64,000 nt of DNA from an uncultured Bacteriovoracaceae bacterium (GCA_964012805.1 CAXGUD010000017.1:1-64000); one strand, 5' to 3'. Shown: positions 1 through 9,532, counted from the stretch's first letter. Program-made: numbers and translations. Notes: a model not told the origin generated them from the sequence alone.

Positions 1-10
1 GGAGTGTTAG

Positions 11-262
11 ATGGCACATAAAAAAGCGGCCGGCTCAACGGCAAACGGTAGAGACTCAAATCCTAATATGTATGGGGTCAAAAAATTTGGCGGCGAAGTA
101 GTAAAAACTGGAAACGTTCTTGTTCGTCAGTGCGGCTCTAAGTTTCATGCTGGTAAAGGCGTAGGAACGGGAAAAGATTTTACTCTTTTTGCACTTCAAG
201 AAGGTAAAGTTCAGTTTTCTTATTACAATAAAAAGAAAAAAATTGTCTCTATCGTTCCTTAA
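11..262 (+). CDS. rpmA: 50S ribosomal protein L27
   Basis: [17 protein letters not shown]-terminus and GKDFTLFA motif; GGAG SD at 1-4. Confidence 0.98.
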   Translation: MAHKKAAGSTANGRDSNPNMYGVKKFGGEVVKTGNVLVRQCGSKFHAGKGVGTGKDFTLFALQEGKVQFSYYNKKKKIVSIVP

Positions 263-294
263 TAGATATTTTCAAGAAAATTCTTTTTCTCTAT

Positions 295-323
295 ATTCCC
301 CTAAAGCTTTTTAGGGGAATTTT
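295..323 (+). terminator. Probable intrinsic terminator/hairpin after rpmA
   Basis: ATTCCCCTAAA-GCTT-TTTAGGGGAAT stem-loop followed by a short T run. Confidence 0.6.
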
Positions 324-341
324 CGGTTTTGTGAAATCATT

Positions 342-1373
342 ATGAGATTTATCGACGAAGTAAAAATTACCATTCAATCAGGAAACGGGGGGGATGGATG
401 TGTTAGCTTTAGAAGAGAAAAATTTGTTCCTTTTGGTGGCCCAGATGGTGGTGATGGTGGAAATGGTGGCGACGTCTATTTTGTTGGAGACAAGAGCCTA
501 AACACTTTGGCTCACTTTAGAGGTAAGAAGTTATATAAAGCTCAAGATGGGTCTCAAGGTGCTGGGGCTCAACGCCACGGCAAAAATGGTGAAGATGAGC
601 TCATTCATGTACCAGTTGGTACAATTATCAAGGACATCGAATCAGGAATCACTTTAGCAGACCTCGTTGAAGATAACCAAAGAATTCTGGTTGCAAAAGG
701 AGGTCGGGGTGGGCTTGGAAACGTTAACTTTAAAACATCTACAAACCAAGCTCCTAGAAAGTTTACTCCAGGCAAACCAAATCAGGTTTTTGAAATCAAC
801 CTAGAACTAAAATTACTTGCTGACATCGCACTCGTTGGACAACCTAACGCGGGAAAATCTACACTAATTTCGAGAATTTCTGCAGCTAGACCTAAAGTTG
901 CCGATTACCCTTTTACAACTTTAGAGCCAAACTTAGGGGTTGTCACTTTGGGTGAAGAGTCTTTTGTTGTTGCAGACATACCTGGCCTTATTGAAGATGC
1001 ATCAGAGGGGAAAGGTCTAGGAATAAAGTTTTTAAAACATATCGAAAGAACTTCAGCATTAGTTCATTTAGTTGATTGTTCCTGGTGCCTCAACGAATTT
1101 GAAGCTTTTGAAAGTTACGTAACTATTAAACAAGAGTTACTCAACTTCAGTAAAGGAATTGCACAAAAAAAAGAAATTATCTGTTTAACTAAAATAGATG
1201 CAATGACTGATCAAGAAATAGAAAGATTTAAACACTATTTTGAATCTGAACTAGATAAAAAGGTTTTGGCCATCTCTTCTGTATCTGGAAAGAATATCGA
1301 CAAGCTTAAATCTTTGATGCTTATAACAGTAAAGACACATAGAGAATCAGAAATGGATAAGGAAAACACATGA
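342..1373 (+). CDS. obgE: GTPase ObgE/CgtA
   Basis: Gly-rich Obg fold (FRREKFVPFGGPDGGDGG), GQPNAGKST, YPFTT, DIPG, TKID motifs. Confidence 0.98.
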   Translation: MRFIDEVKITIQSGNGGDGCVSFRREKFVPFGGPDGGDGGNGGDVYFVGDKSLNTLAHFRGKKLYKAQDGSQGAGAQRHGKNGEDELIHVPVGTIIKDIESGITLADLVEDNQRILVAKGGRGGLGNVNFKTSTNQAPRKFTPGKPNQVFEINLELKLLADIALVGQPNAGKSTLISRISAARPKVADYPFTTLEPNLGVVTLGEESFVVADIPGLIEDASEGKGLGIKFLKHIERTSALVHLVDCSWCLNEFEAFESYVTIKQELLNFSKGIAQKKEIICLTKIDAMTDQEIERFKHYFESELDKKVLAISSVSGKNIDKLKSLMLITVKTHRESEMDKENT

Positions 1374-1849
1374 GTAGCGAGTTTATAAATAAAGAAATTG
1401 ACGAAATAATGGGCGATAAGTCTTTTGAGTTTCCTCAAAATACTGCTATGTCTTCAGCATGGATTCTAGGAAACTTTAAAGGTACTAACCTCAAAGTTTT
1501 AAAAATGAGCAAAGATTTTTCTCTCACTGATTTTTTTGTCATTGGCTCAGCTCAAAACTCAACTCAGTCCAAAGCAATGGCAGATGAAATCTGCTTTCAA
1601 TTAAAAAGGTATAGTATCGAAGCAAGGTCCAAAGAAAGTGACCAAAATGCTGAATGGACACTAATTGATTTTGGAGACATAATTGTTCATATATTTGTTG
1701 AGCACGCAAGATCAAGCTATGACCTAGAATCTCTTTGGTCAAACTCCACAGAAATCGAGATTCCTCAAGAGTATTATTTTGAAAGAGAGAATGAAATAGA
1801 CAACAGTTCACCAAAATCGGCAGGGAAGTCAGACAAAGAATATTTTTAG
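1370..1849 (+). CDS. rsfS: Ribosome silencing factor RsfS (Iojap)
   Basis: TDFFVIGSA, WTLIDFGDIIVHIF, YDLESLW motifs; adjacent to rlmH. Confidence 0.92.
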   Translation: MSSEFINKEIDEIMGDKSFEFPQNTAMSSAWILGNFKGTNLKVLKMSKDFSLTDFFVIGSAQNSTQSKAMADEICFQLKRYSIEARSKESDQNAEWTLIDFGDIIVHIFVEHARSSYDLESLWSNSTEIEIPQEYYFERENEIDNSSPKSAGKSDKEYF

Positions 1850-1850
1850 T

Positions 1851-2312
1851 ATGCATCAAATAACTATCATCTCTGTAGGTAGAATAAAAAATTTGTCTAT
1901 ACAAAAAGTAGAAGAAACTATCTTAAAAAGGTGCTCATCCATAAGAATAGAACTTATTGAAACCAAAGCCTATGGCAGCGACTTTGAAAAAGAATCAGAG
2001 GAAATTTTAAAAAAGTTAAAAGACCTCTCAAAAAAAAGTTCTATCTACCCCGTTCTTCTAACTGAAAATGGTACACTCCGAGACAGCAACGAATTTTCTA
2101 AGTGGATTTATGAAACTCTAGACAAAAAAAGTGAAAAGCTAACATTTATTATTAGTGGTGCTTATGGTTTCTCCAAAAAATTAATTGAGAAATCAAAATC
2201 TAAGCTTTCCCTTTCTCCTCTCACTTTTCCTCATGAATGGGCCAGACTCCTCCTTATTGAACAAATTTACAGATCTATGACAATTAAGACCAACCACCCT
2301 TATCATAAATAG
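1851..2312 (+). CDS. rlmH: 23S rRNA (pseudouridine1915-N3)-methyltransferase RlmH
   Basis: FIISGAYG, LSPLTFPHEWARLLLIEQIYR, HPYHK C-terminus. Confidence 0.95.
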   Translation: MHQITIISVGRIKNLSIQKVEETILKRCSSIRIELIETKAYGSDFEKESEEILKKLKDLSKKSSIYPVLLTENGTLRDSNEFSKWIYETLDKKSEKLTFIISGAYGFSKKLIEKSKSKLSLSPLTFPHEWARLLLIEQIYRSMTIKTNHPYHK

Positions 2313-2317
2313 GAAGA

Positions 2318-2791
2318 CTACCTAATAGTAACTTCTTTACACACGGGGTTATCCAAAGAGATGATTGTTTCAGTCGACTGGATTTCTTGAATTGATTGCA
2401 ATTTTTCAATAAGGAAAAGATGGAACTCTTTTGAGTTTTTAGTCAGGGTTTTAGCAAAAAGACTAAAGCCACCTGTTGTGTAGTGAACTTCTACAATTTC
2501 AGGAAAATCCTTTAATTTTTCTAGTACAGTTTTATAGTCTCTCGCGTTAACAAGGTTGATCCCCACGAAAGCCTGAAACTCTAAGCCTAATTTTCCAACA
2601 TCCAAAACTAACTTAGAGCCTTTGATAACACCTGCCTCTTTCATTTTGTTAATTCTGACATGGATTGTCCCACCTGAAACAATCAAGTCCCTCGCTATTT
2701 CCTGGTAGGAGGTCCTAGAGTCGGAAAGGAGCTTTTCAAGTATTTTTTTGTCAAGGTCATCCAGTTTCAAATTAACACTCTCTTCTTTCAC
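2318..2791 (-). CDS. Lrp/AsnC family transcriptional regulator
   Basis: LDDLDKKIL N-terminal HTH and VHYTTGGFSL RAM domain; closest in style to AsnC. Confidence 0.9.
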   Translation of the reverse strand: MKEESVNLKLDDLDKKILEKLLSDSRTSYQEIARDLIVSGGTIHVRINKMKEAGVIKGSKLVLDVGKLGLEFQAFVGINLVNARDYKTVLEKLKDFPEIVEVHYTTGGFSLFAKTLTKNSKEFHLFLIEKLQSIQEIQSTETIISLDNPVCKEVTIR

Positions 2792-2874
2792 TTTATCTCC
2801 CCAGATAATGATAAAAGAACAGTAGTCTCAACTAAGAATAATTACAAGGAAAGTTAGGGAAATGAATATTAATT

Positions 2875-2951
<77 letters not shown>

Positions 2952-2985
2952 TCAACGAAATAAAGAAAAACCTTAATTCTTGGCG

Positions 2986-3014
2986 AATCTAATATGGTTT
3001 CCCTTTTTTGTCCA
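2986..3014 (-). promoter_or_regulatory. Putative sigma70 promoter of tRNA-fMet
   Basis: TGGACA-17 nt-TAGATT on the minus strand, about 35 nt upstream of the tRNA. Confidence 0.55.
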
Positions 3015-3037
3015 GTTTATTTTAGTAAAAAAATAAC

Positions 3038-3064
3038 AAAAGTTTGAATCCCTAAGCCCGATAA
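3038..3064 (+). promoter_or_regulatory. Putative sigma28 (FliA) promoter
   Basis: AAAAGTTT-N11-CCCGATAA versus consensus TAAAGTTT-N11-GCCGATAA, 34 nt upstream of ORF 3099. Confidence 0.65.
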
Positions 3065-3098
3065 AAAGTCATTATAAAAATACCAAAGGGAGAAACCT

Positions 3099-3404
3099 AT
3101 GGGAATTTTAAGCAGGGCAACAACAAAGCCAAAAGTTGAGCTTGATACAAAAGGTTTAACGCCACAGCAAATCAGGCTGGTTAAACAACTCAATCATGCT
3201 CTCAAAGTTACGCTTACAACAGAGTATGAGGACGAGTACTTTGAGTTCAGTGCTGAGTTTATGAAAACATGTGCCACCCTGATAAAATCGGCTCATTTTG
3301 CAAGTAAGTATGAAGAATATTATTCAGATCAAGCCTTGGAATATGCAGCTGATATAATGGAAGAAAATATGTCAGAAAAAAAGAGTATTCATTACGACAA
3401 CTAA
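3099..3404 (+). CDS. Hypothetical protein (101 aa)
   Basis: ORF with GGGAG SD, own promoter and terminator; no recognisable motif. Confidence 0.8.
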   Translation: MGILSRATTKPKVELDTKGLTPQQIRLVKQLNHALKVTLTTEYEDEYFEFSAEFMKTCATLIKSAHFASKYEEYYSDQALEYAADIMEENMSEKKSIHYDN

Positions 3405-3406
3405 TA

Positions 3407-3432
3407 AAAAAGCTCCTAATTAGGAGCTTTTT
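3407..3432. terminator. Bidirectional intrinsic terminator
   Basis: Perfect 26-bp palindrome AAAAAGCTCCTAATTAGGAGCTTTTT between convergent genes. Confidence 0.85.
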
Positions 3433-3433
3433 A

Positions 3434-4378
3434 CTATTTTGATATACGACCTCTTTTCTTTCTCATCTCCTGGAGGCTTTTTGAAGCATCCAAGTATGTC
3501 TCCTTACGAAATTTTCTAAAAGAAGAATCATCAGCAAAAATATCCTTGTCACTAAAGTTTCTTTTCTTAACCTGAACACTTTTCTTTTTTGATACATAAG
3601 TTCTTTTCGCATTAACAGGAACTCCACTCGCCTCCATTCCCAATGCTTTTAAGAGCTCCTTCTTTGTCAAGAAAACATACTTTCCAGGACCGATATCCTC
3701 TATAGACAGAGACTCAATCGCAACTCTCCTTAATTTATCAACAGTAAGGCCGCAACCCTCACAAATATTTCTAATTTCCCTATTTCTGCCTTCTCCCAGT
3801 CTAAACTCGAGCCAAGTTTTGCTAGGCAACTGTTTTATTACTCTAACCGACAAAGGCTTCAGGTGGTGCCCCTGAAAGACAACTCCATCCCTTAGTTTTT
3901 TTAAAATAGCATCATTTACAGAGCCAAAAACTTTAACCTCATAAACTTTCGTGATGTTATAGCTAGGATGCATAATCATATTTGCCATTTCTCCATCATT
4001 TGTAAGAAGAAGAAGGCCTTCCGATAAATAATCTAATCTTCCCACAGGATAGACCCTCTCTGAAACTTCCTTTACGTAATCCATTACAGTTGATCTTCCC
4101 TCTGGATCATCTAGAGTGGTCATGACCCCTCGGGGCTTATTCATTAGGATATAGTGCCTCTGAATAGACTCTCGATCTAAAACCTGTCCATCAACTGAAA
4201 CAACATCTTTTACAGGATCAACTTTTACTCCTAATTCAGAGCTTATCATTCCATTTACTTTTACCTTTCCTTCCCTAATTAAATCCTCGGCTTTCCTCCT
4301 AGAAGTAAAACCACAATCAGCGATGTATTTTTGTAACCTTAAACTTTTTGACATTAGCTTTGGACTGCTATTTTTCAT
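3434..4378 (-). CDS. rluB: rRNA pseudouridine synthase, RluB/RsuA family
   Basis: S4 domain (LRLQKYIADCG..SRRKAE), GRLD catalytic motif, EGRNREIR; follows scpAB; start moved to ATG 4378 (GGAG SD). Confidence 0.9.
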   Translation of the reverse strand: MKNSSPKLMSKSLRLQKYIADCGFTSRRKAEDLIREGKVKVNGMISSELGVKVDPVKDVVSVDGQVLDRESIQRHYILMNKPRGVMTTLDDPEGRSTVMDYVKEVSERVYPVGRLDYLSEGLLLLTNDGEMANMIMHPSYNITKVYEVKVFGSVNDAILKKLRDGVVFQGHHLKPLSVRVIKQLPSKTWLEFRLGEGRNREIRNICEGCGLTVDKLRRVAIESLSIEDIGPGKYVFLTKKELLKALGMEASGVPVNAKRTYVSKKKSVQVKKRNFSDKDIFADDSSFRKFRKETYLDASKSLQEMRKKRGRISK

Positions 4379-4503
4379 AAGAAACTCCAATTTCTAGCCT
4401 CTCGGCAGGTTGGTTAATAAGTATTTGAATTAGGTCAATACCTTAATAGAAGCCAGGTGTCAAAAAGGAGTCTGAAGGGATCTAAATAAATTTTATAGAG
4501 CAG

Positions 4504-5778
4504 CTATTTTTCAGTGTCTTCACGAATTGGCTCTTCGTTTAAAAACTCAAGGTCCAGGTCTAAATCAGAGCCTTCCTTGGCAACCTTATCAGTGAGCTCG
4601 TTTATTTTACCCTCAGCTTCAGATAGAAATAGCTCATCGAAAGAATTTTCATTATCCCTGCTTTCTTTCTCTTGATCGGTTGGATCTTCTTTCTTCAAAT
4701 TGCTAATAACTTCTAAATCCTCAAGAATCTCTTCACCAGTATCAAGGTCAATCATGGCAAAGGCAGAGTCGTCTATATCAGGAACGTTGAAGGGGCCTTG
4801 AGTCAAGTCTCTTACAACCTCTGGCACAAGTGAAGCATTTATTAGCTCTGATTGTGCAGCTAAAATATTTTGAGAAGAAATTTCTTCCTTCAAAATATAC
4901 TCTTCCAACAAGTCGAAGGAGGATTTAACCTCAACATGCTCTCCAGTAAGGTTATTAGACCTCTTTTTATCCTGTAACCTTAAACTTTTGGTAAAAAAAG
5001 TATCTGCATGAATAGATTTAATTTGTTTGCTTAAATCTTCTATTTCTTTGAGATCATCTTCGTTAAATGACTGTGCTGAAGAACTTACCAGGTTCTTAAA
5101 ATCTTCAAAAGTTCCCACTTCATTTAAGGTAGTCATAGCTTCTAATTCAGACTCAGGAGGTAGCGAGGAAATATCAGGTAAATTAAAAACCTCCAAAAAC
5201 TCTTGGGTTGTCGAGTAAGTTATCGGCTTACCTAACTCGGAAGATCGACCACTAACTCGAACGAGCCTTTTATCCATTAAACCTCTCACAATATGTGAAC
5301 TGTCCACTCCTCTTATTTTTTCAACCTCTGTTCTAGAAACAGGCTGCTTATAAGCAATTATTGCTAATACCTCTAAAGCTGTTGGGGTTAACATCAAAGA
5401 ATTTACCTTATACAGGTTTTGAATATATTTAGAAAAAATAGGCTTAGTTCTAAATTGATAACCTTCAGCAACCTCGATGATTCTAATGCCTTTACTAGGA
5501 AGCTCGTAGTCTTCCTGAAGCTTATTTATGGATTTATGGATCAACCTAAGAGGTAAGTCTTCATCAATAAGGTTTTTTATCTTTTGCAAAGAAATTGGTC
5601 TTTCACTCATGTAAATTATAGTTTCAATAGCTCCACAAAGGCTATCCTCATCTAAGCCTGTTCGTGCTTTCCACAAGTCATCATCTAAACCGAAGTCCAT
5701 TTGACCAAATTGGTGACCTTTCTCAATATCTTCGACTTGTGTTGAGGTATTATCACTTTTTTCCATAAGAAAATTCAC
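4504..5778 (-). CDS. scpB: SMC-Scp complex subunit ScpB with long acidic C-terminal extension
   Basis: VAEGYQFRT, ALEVLAIIAYKQPVSR, IRGVDS, TTQEFLEVF motifs; downstream of scpA. Confidence 0.92.
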   Translation of the reverse strand: MNFLMEKSDNTSTQVEDIEKGHQFGQMDFGLDDDLWKARTGLDEDSLCGAIETIIYMSERPISLQKIKNLIDEDLPLRLIHKSINKLQEDYELPSKGIRIIEVAEGYQFRTKPIFSKYIQNLYKVNSLMLTPTALEVLAIIAYKQPVSRTEVEKIRGVDSSHIVRGLMDKRLVRVSGRSSELGKPITYSTTQEFLEVFNLPDISSLPPESELEAMTTLNEVGTFEDFKNLVSSSAQSFNEDDLKEIEDLSKQIKSIHADTFFTKSLRLQDKKRSNNLTGEHVEVKSSFDLLEEYILKEEISSQNILAAQSELINASLVPEVVRDLTQGPFNVPDIDDSAFAMIDLDTGEEILEDLEVISNLKKEDPTDQEKESRDNENSFDELFLSEAEGKINELTDKVAKEGSDLDLDLEFLNEEPIREDTEK

Positions 5779-5785
5779 TCCACTC

Positions 5786-6694
5786 TCAATTAAGAAGTTG
5801 TTTATTGCTCTTATCTTTTTCCTCTAAATGAGACCGCTCTTCTAAGTCATTACTCTCTTCATGCTTTTGCATATCCTGACCAGACGCTTCATCCTCATTA
5901 TTTTCTTCTTCATTCTCAAAACCTGTGGCGCTTTCAACATCGAAGTTTTCAAGAGATTCAATAACCTCAATGTATATCTGTCCCAAAGATTCGTTTTGAA
6001 ATAATTTTACTTTTTTTAAACGAGCTAACTCTAGCAAAGAGATAAAAGTAATTACTATATTTAGGTTGCTCGTCCTCTCATCCTCTGAAATCAGGTCGGT
6101 CAACAAAAAGGAGCCTCCCTTAACCAGGATTTTCTTCAAACTCAAAAGCTTTTTCTTAATAGATAATGTTTCTTTTTTTAAAATAGAAAATTTTCTCTTT
6201 TCCTTTCTTAAAAAATCTAGCATTACATCGGTTAATTTTTCTAAATCCATAGGCACTAATAAAGAGTTAACTATTTTAGCGCGTGGGATTTTTGGCCTTA
6301 CAAAAGTTTCATGGCCTCTCTTAGGTAGGGCCCAAAGGACCTCCCCCATTTCTTGGTAATGTTTCAGCTGCTCAAGCCTTCTTACTAGCTCTGCCTTAGT
6401 TTTTATCTCTAAATTTTCAGATATTCCTTCTTCCTCAAAAGTATTTAAACCCTCATCTTCCCTAAGTGCGGATTTGGACTTAAGGAAAATAAGGTTTGAA
6501 GCCAAAAAGAGGTATTCTCCAGCAACGTCAAAGTTTAATTCCCTCATCTCATCAATAAAGCTGAGGTATTGCTTTGTAATTTTGGTTAAATTTAGGTTGC
6601 GAATAGACATTTCTTCTTTTTGAATTAAAAGAAGTAAAAGCCCTAGCGGTCCATCAAATTCGTCAGTTTGGACCTTTATGGAAGTATCAAGCAT
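5786..6694 (-). CDS. scpA: Segregation/condensation protein ScpA (kleisin)
   Basis: FDGPLGLLLLLI N-terminal motif and VITFISLLELAR C-terminal winged-helix motif. Confidence 0.93.
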   Translation of the reverse strand: MLDTSIKVQTDEFDGPLGLLLLLIQKEEMSIRNLNLTKITKQYLSFIDEMRELNFDVAGEYLFLASNLIFLKSKSALREDEGLNTFEEEGISENLEIKTKAELVRRLEQLKHYQEMGEVLWALPKRGHETFVRPKIPRAKIVNSLLVPMDLEKLTDVMLDFLRKEKRKFSILKKETLSIKKKLLSLKKILVKGGSFLLTDLISEDERTSNLNIVITFISLLELARLKKVKLFQNESLGQIYIEVIESLENFDVESATGFENEEENNEDEASGQDMQKHEESNDLEERSHLEEKDKSNKQLLN

Positions 6695-6721
6695 ACAATT
6701 TCCAAATTATGATTAGATGTT

Positions 6722-7390
6722 CTAGGAGAGCATAACATAAAAAAGCCTGATAAAGCCATTCGCTATCAAGATTGCTGGGAAGAGAAGGTAGCTAAATAAG
6801 TTTGTAAACCAAAGCAACAGTAGAAAGACAAACCCATATTTCTGAAGATCCTCAAACTTTCTCTGATTCTCATAATTCAAGAAGGAGCTTACCATTTTTG
6901 AGCCATCAAGCGGTGGAAAAGGAATAAGATTAAATACAGCTAAAATACAATTAATCGTAATTGAAGCTTTTAACATACCTAAAAATGGCTCATAAAGATA
7001 AAAAGTTGGGGAAACTTTGGTAACCAAAATAACATAAAAAAAAGCGGATAAAATACTCAAAATAATATTGGCCCCAGGCCCAGCAAAGCTTACCCAGAAA
7101 ATAGATTTTCTAATATTTTTGAACCTTCTTGCATCAACAGGAACCGGTCTGGCCCACCCAAACATTGTACCGCCAAGAACAGCCCCTAAAAGAGGGAAAA
7201 GAATAGTCCCGAAAGGCGTATAATGCGCAGCGGGATTTAGAGTTAGCCTTCCCTGCCTTTTTGCTGTGTCATCTCCAAACTTTAGAGCGACATAAGCATG
7301 AGCAGCCTCATGACAAGAAACTGCCAGAATAAAACCTGGAAGTTGGATACTGAGCCTTAGTATAAAGTCTTGCATATTAAAAGTTTCCAT
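6722..7390 (-). CDS. Site-2 protease family (M50) membrane metalloprotease
   Basis: HEAAH, AGPGAN and FNLIPFPPLDG motifs; start uncertain (7390 or 7375). Confidence 0.92.
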   Translation of the reverse strand: METFNMQDFILRLSIQLPGFILAVSCHEAAHAYVALKFGDDTAKRQGRLTLNPAAHYTPFGTILFPLLGAVLGGTMFGWARPVPVDARRFKNIRKSIFWVSFAGPGANIILSILSAFFYVILVTKVSPTFYLYEPFLGMLKASITINCILAVFNLIPFPPLDGSKMVSSFLNYENQRKFEDLQKYGFVFLLLLWFTNLFSYLLFPAILIANGFIRLFYVMLS

Positions 7391-7516
7391 AGAGTTCCTA
7401 AATACCAAACAGAGGACTTTGTCGCAACCCAAATAATTTTTTTTAGAGTTCTTTATCTCAGTCAGTTAACGCATGACCACATGTAAAAAAAAAAATTCGT
7501 AACATAATTAGAGCAT

Positions 7517-8422
7517 ATGAAACGATTTGAACCTATAAGGCCCATTTTTTTATTTATTACCATAGTTTTTATATTATCTAATGGTCACGCGGCTAAACGT
7601 CAGGAATTGACCGACGGAGAAAAAATATTTGTTGTTATTATTCCAAAAAATACTGTCCTTTTTGACATAAAAAATAAAAGAGACTTGAAAACTCACAAAA
7701 AAATTCATGCAAAAGCCTTTAGCTCTTCACCAGAAAACCCTTTTTTTACAATTGTTGACCAGAAAAATCAGCCCCGCTTTCTTGTTAATTCTAAAAGTAT
7801 TTTTAACTTAGATAAGCTGGCAAATTTTGATGAAAGCCCAAAGTTTTTCAAGCCAACATTTAAGAAAATGAAAAGAGACTCTTTTGACAAAGATATTTCT
7901 CTTAACAATGATTTTTTTTTCGAGATAAATTATTTTACACTTTCTTTTTATGATTCAAAAAATAACTCTTTATTAAAAACAAGCAAAAATTATTCATCAA
8001 TTCTATACGACCTAACATTAAAATCGAAACTTCCCATTTTTTTCGGTATTAGTACCTCTTTATCAAGAGAGGGGAATCAAAAAGAATCTATGATATCAAA
8101 AATTGACTTAGGTTTTACTTTAAAAACTAAAGATTTCTCTTATTCAATTTTAGAAAATATCCAATTATCTTTCTACGGTCTTAAAACTCTTTTCCAAAAT
8201 ACAATAATCCAAGGAGAAAAAGTAGAATTGTCTACCAGCTCTTTTAGAGTGAAGTTGTCAAAAAAAATAACTCTAATAAAGAAATATAATTTAAAATTAG
8301 GAATAGGGGGGTCCCACCATCAATCATTTTTTAAGAAAAATAGTGACTCCCTTTTTTTTGATCAAAGCTCTTATTTTAGTTATGACATTTTTATTGGTAT
8401 TCAAAACAAAAGTATTTTGTAA
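7517..8422 (+). CDS. Hypothetical secreted/outer-membrane protein
   Basis: Signal peptide; C-terminal half made of amphipathic beta-like strands. Confidence 0.6.
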   Translation: MKRFEPIRPIFLFITIVFILSNGHAAKRQELTDGEKIFVVIIPKNTVLFDIKNKRDLKTHKKIHAKAFSSSPENPFFTIVDQKNQPRFLVNSKSIFNLDKLANFDESPKFFKPTFKKMKRDSFDKDISLNNDFFFEINYFTLSFYDSKNNSLLKTSKNYSSILYDLTLKSKLPIFFGISTSLSREGNQKESMISKIDLGFTLKTKDFSYSILENIQLSFYGLKTLFQNTIIQGEKVELSTSSFRVKLSKKITLIKKYNLKLGIGGSHHQSFFKKNSDSLFFDQSSYFSYDIFIGIQNKSIL

Positions 8423-9405
8423 TGTTAAAATACACAAAAAAAACCATTTTAATGATTCTTTTTTTATACCCTTTTTCAGGGCTTTGTTACGGTATATTTA
8501 AGGCAACTATAGTTTCCTTGAATGCTCCTCTTTTTAAAAAGGCAAATATATCTTCTGAAGTTACGGAGTATTTAAGAAAGGGGCAAATAATAGTTGTTAA
8601 GAAAAATAAAGAAAAATCAGACACTTTTTTAGAAACCATAAATAAAAACGGTCAACCTTCATTCATTTTAAAAGAACATATCAGAATATATTTTAAAAAC
8701 ACTAACGAACTTTCTTTTAAAAAGCCTAAAGATTCAACTGACTACAGACTAGAAGAGCCTTTAGAAAAAAGTTACCCTTTCAATTCATCAAAAACAAGAA
8801 GAGGTTCTATTGGTTTTAGTATTGGTACTCCCTTAAATAGCCGCTATAATTACAGTAAAAAAATAGCAAATGAGTCTTTTAACAACCAATATCGACTAAA
8901 ATCATCCTATTCAAAAAAAGTTAAATTGGATAAATCAGGAAGGACTTATTTCGGAGGAACTGCTTCAATTAGTTACTCTAAAGCACAGGTAACTACGTTT
9001 GACTCCTATAAATCAAATGAATTCCAATGGTTATTAGAGATTGGTCCAGTTATTTCCTTCGATAGTTATAAGTCAGAAAAGTTTGATTTAACTTTTACAT
9101 TAGCAATTCCCATTAATTATCTGAGAAAAACGGTAACTATTTCAGACAAAAGTATTTCTCAAAACAAAAGATTGTTTTCTGGTTTTAGCTTTTCTCCACA
9201 GTTAATAAATAGACTTACAATTAAAAATTTTTTCAGAAACTTAAATGCTTATATATCTGGACAATTAACTATCCACCCTCCATCTAGCTATAAATCATTA
9301 TCTAAACCCAACTCATATGACTCTTTATGGTCTCGGAAGGATCAGGTTATTCTAGCTACACAAACTCAACTTTTCTTTTCAGTCGGTCTTTCTAGCGACT
9401 TCTAG
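8422..9405 (+). CDS. Hypothetical outer-membrane beta-barrel protein with possible N-terminal SH3-like domain
   Basis: Signal peptide; APLFKKANISSEVTEYLRKGQII resembles SH3b; terminal strand ends in Phe (VGLSSDF); TAATG coupling to the upstream gene. Confidence 0.6.
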   Translation: MLKYTKKTILMILFLYPFSGLCYGIFKATIVSLNAPLFKKANISSEVTEYLRKGQIIVVKKNKEKSDTFLETINKNGQPSFILKEHIRIYFKNTNELSFKKPKDSTDYRLEEPLEKSYPFNSSKTRRGSIGFSIGTPLNSRYNYSKKIANESFNNQYRLKSSYSKKVKLDKSGRTYFGGTASISYSKAQVTTFDSYKSNEFQWLLEIGPVISFDSYKSEKFDLTFTLAIPINYLRKTVTISDKSISQNKRLFSGFSFSPQLINRLTIKNFFRNLNAYISGQLTIHPPSSYKSLSKPNSYDSLWSRKDQVILATQTQLFFSVGLSSDF

Positions 9406-9457
9406 AGATTTTATAACGACATCTTTTTGCCTACATAAATTCATTCAAATAAAAAAG

Positions 9458-9484
9458 TAAAGTCCAGGTGTTCTTAGTCGATCG
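9458..9484 (+). promoter_or_regulatory. Putative sigma28 (FliA) promoter
   Basis: TAAAGTCC-N11-GTCGATCG, about 48 nt upstream of ORF 9533. Confidence 0.55.
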
Positions 9485-9532
9485 TCTAATTATCAAATGA
9501 AACTAGATTCCTTCTAATAGGAGTTAATTATC

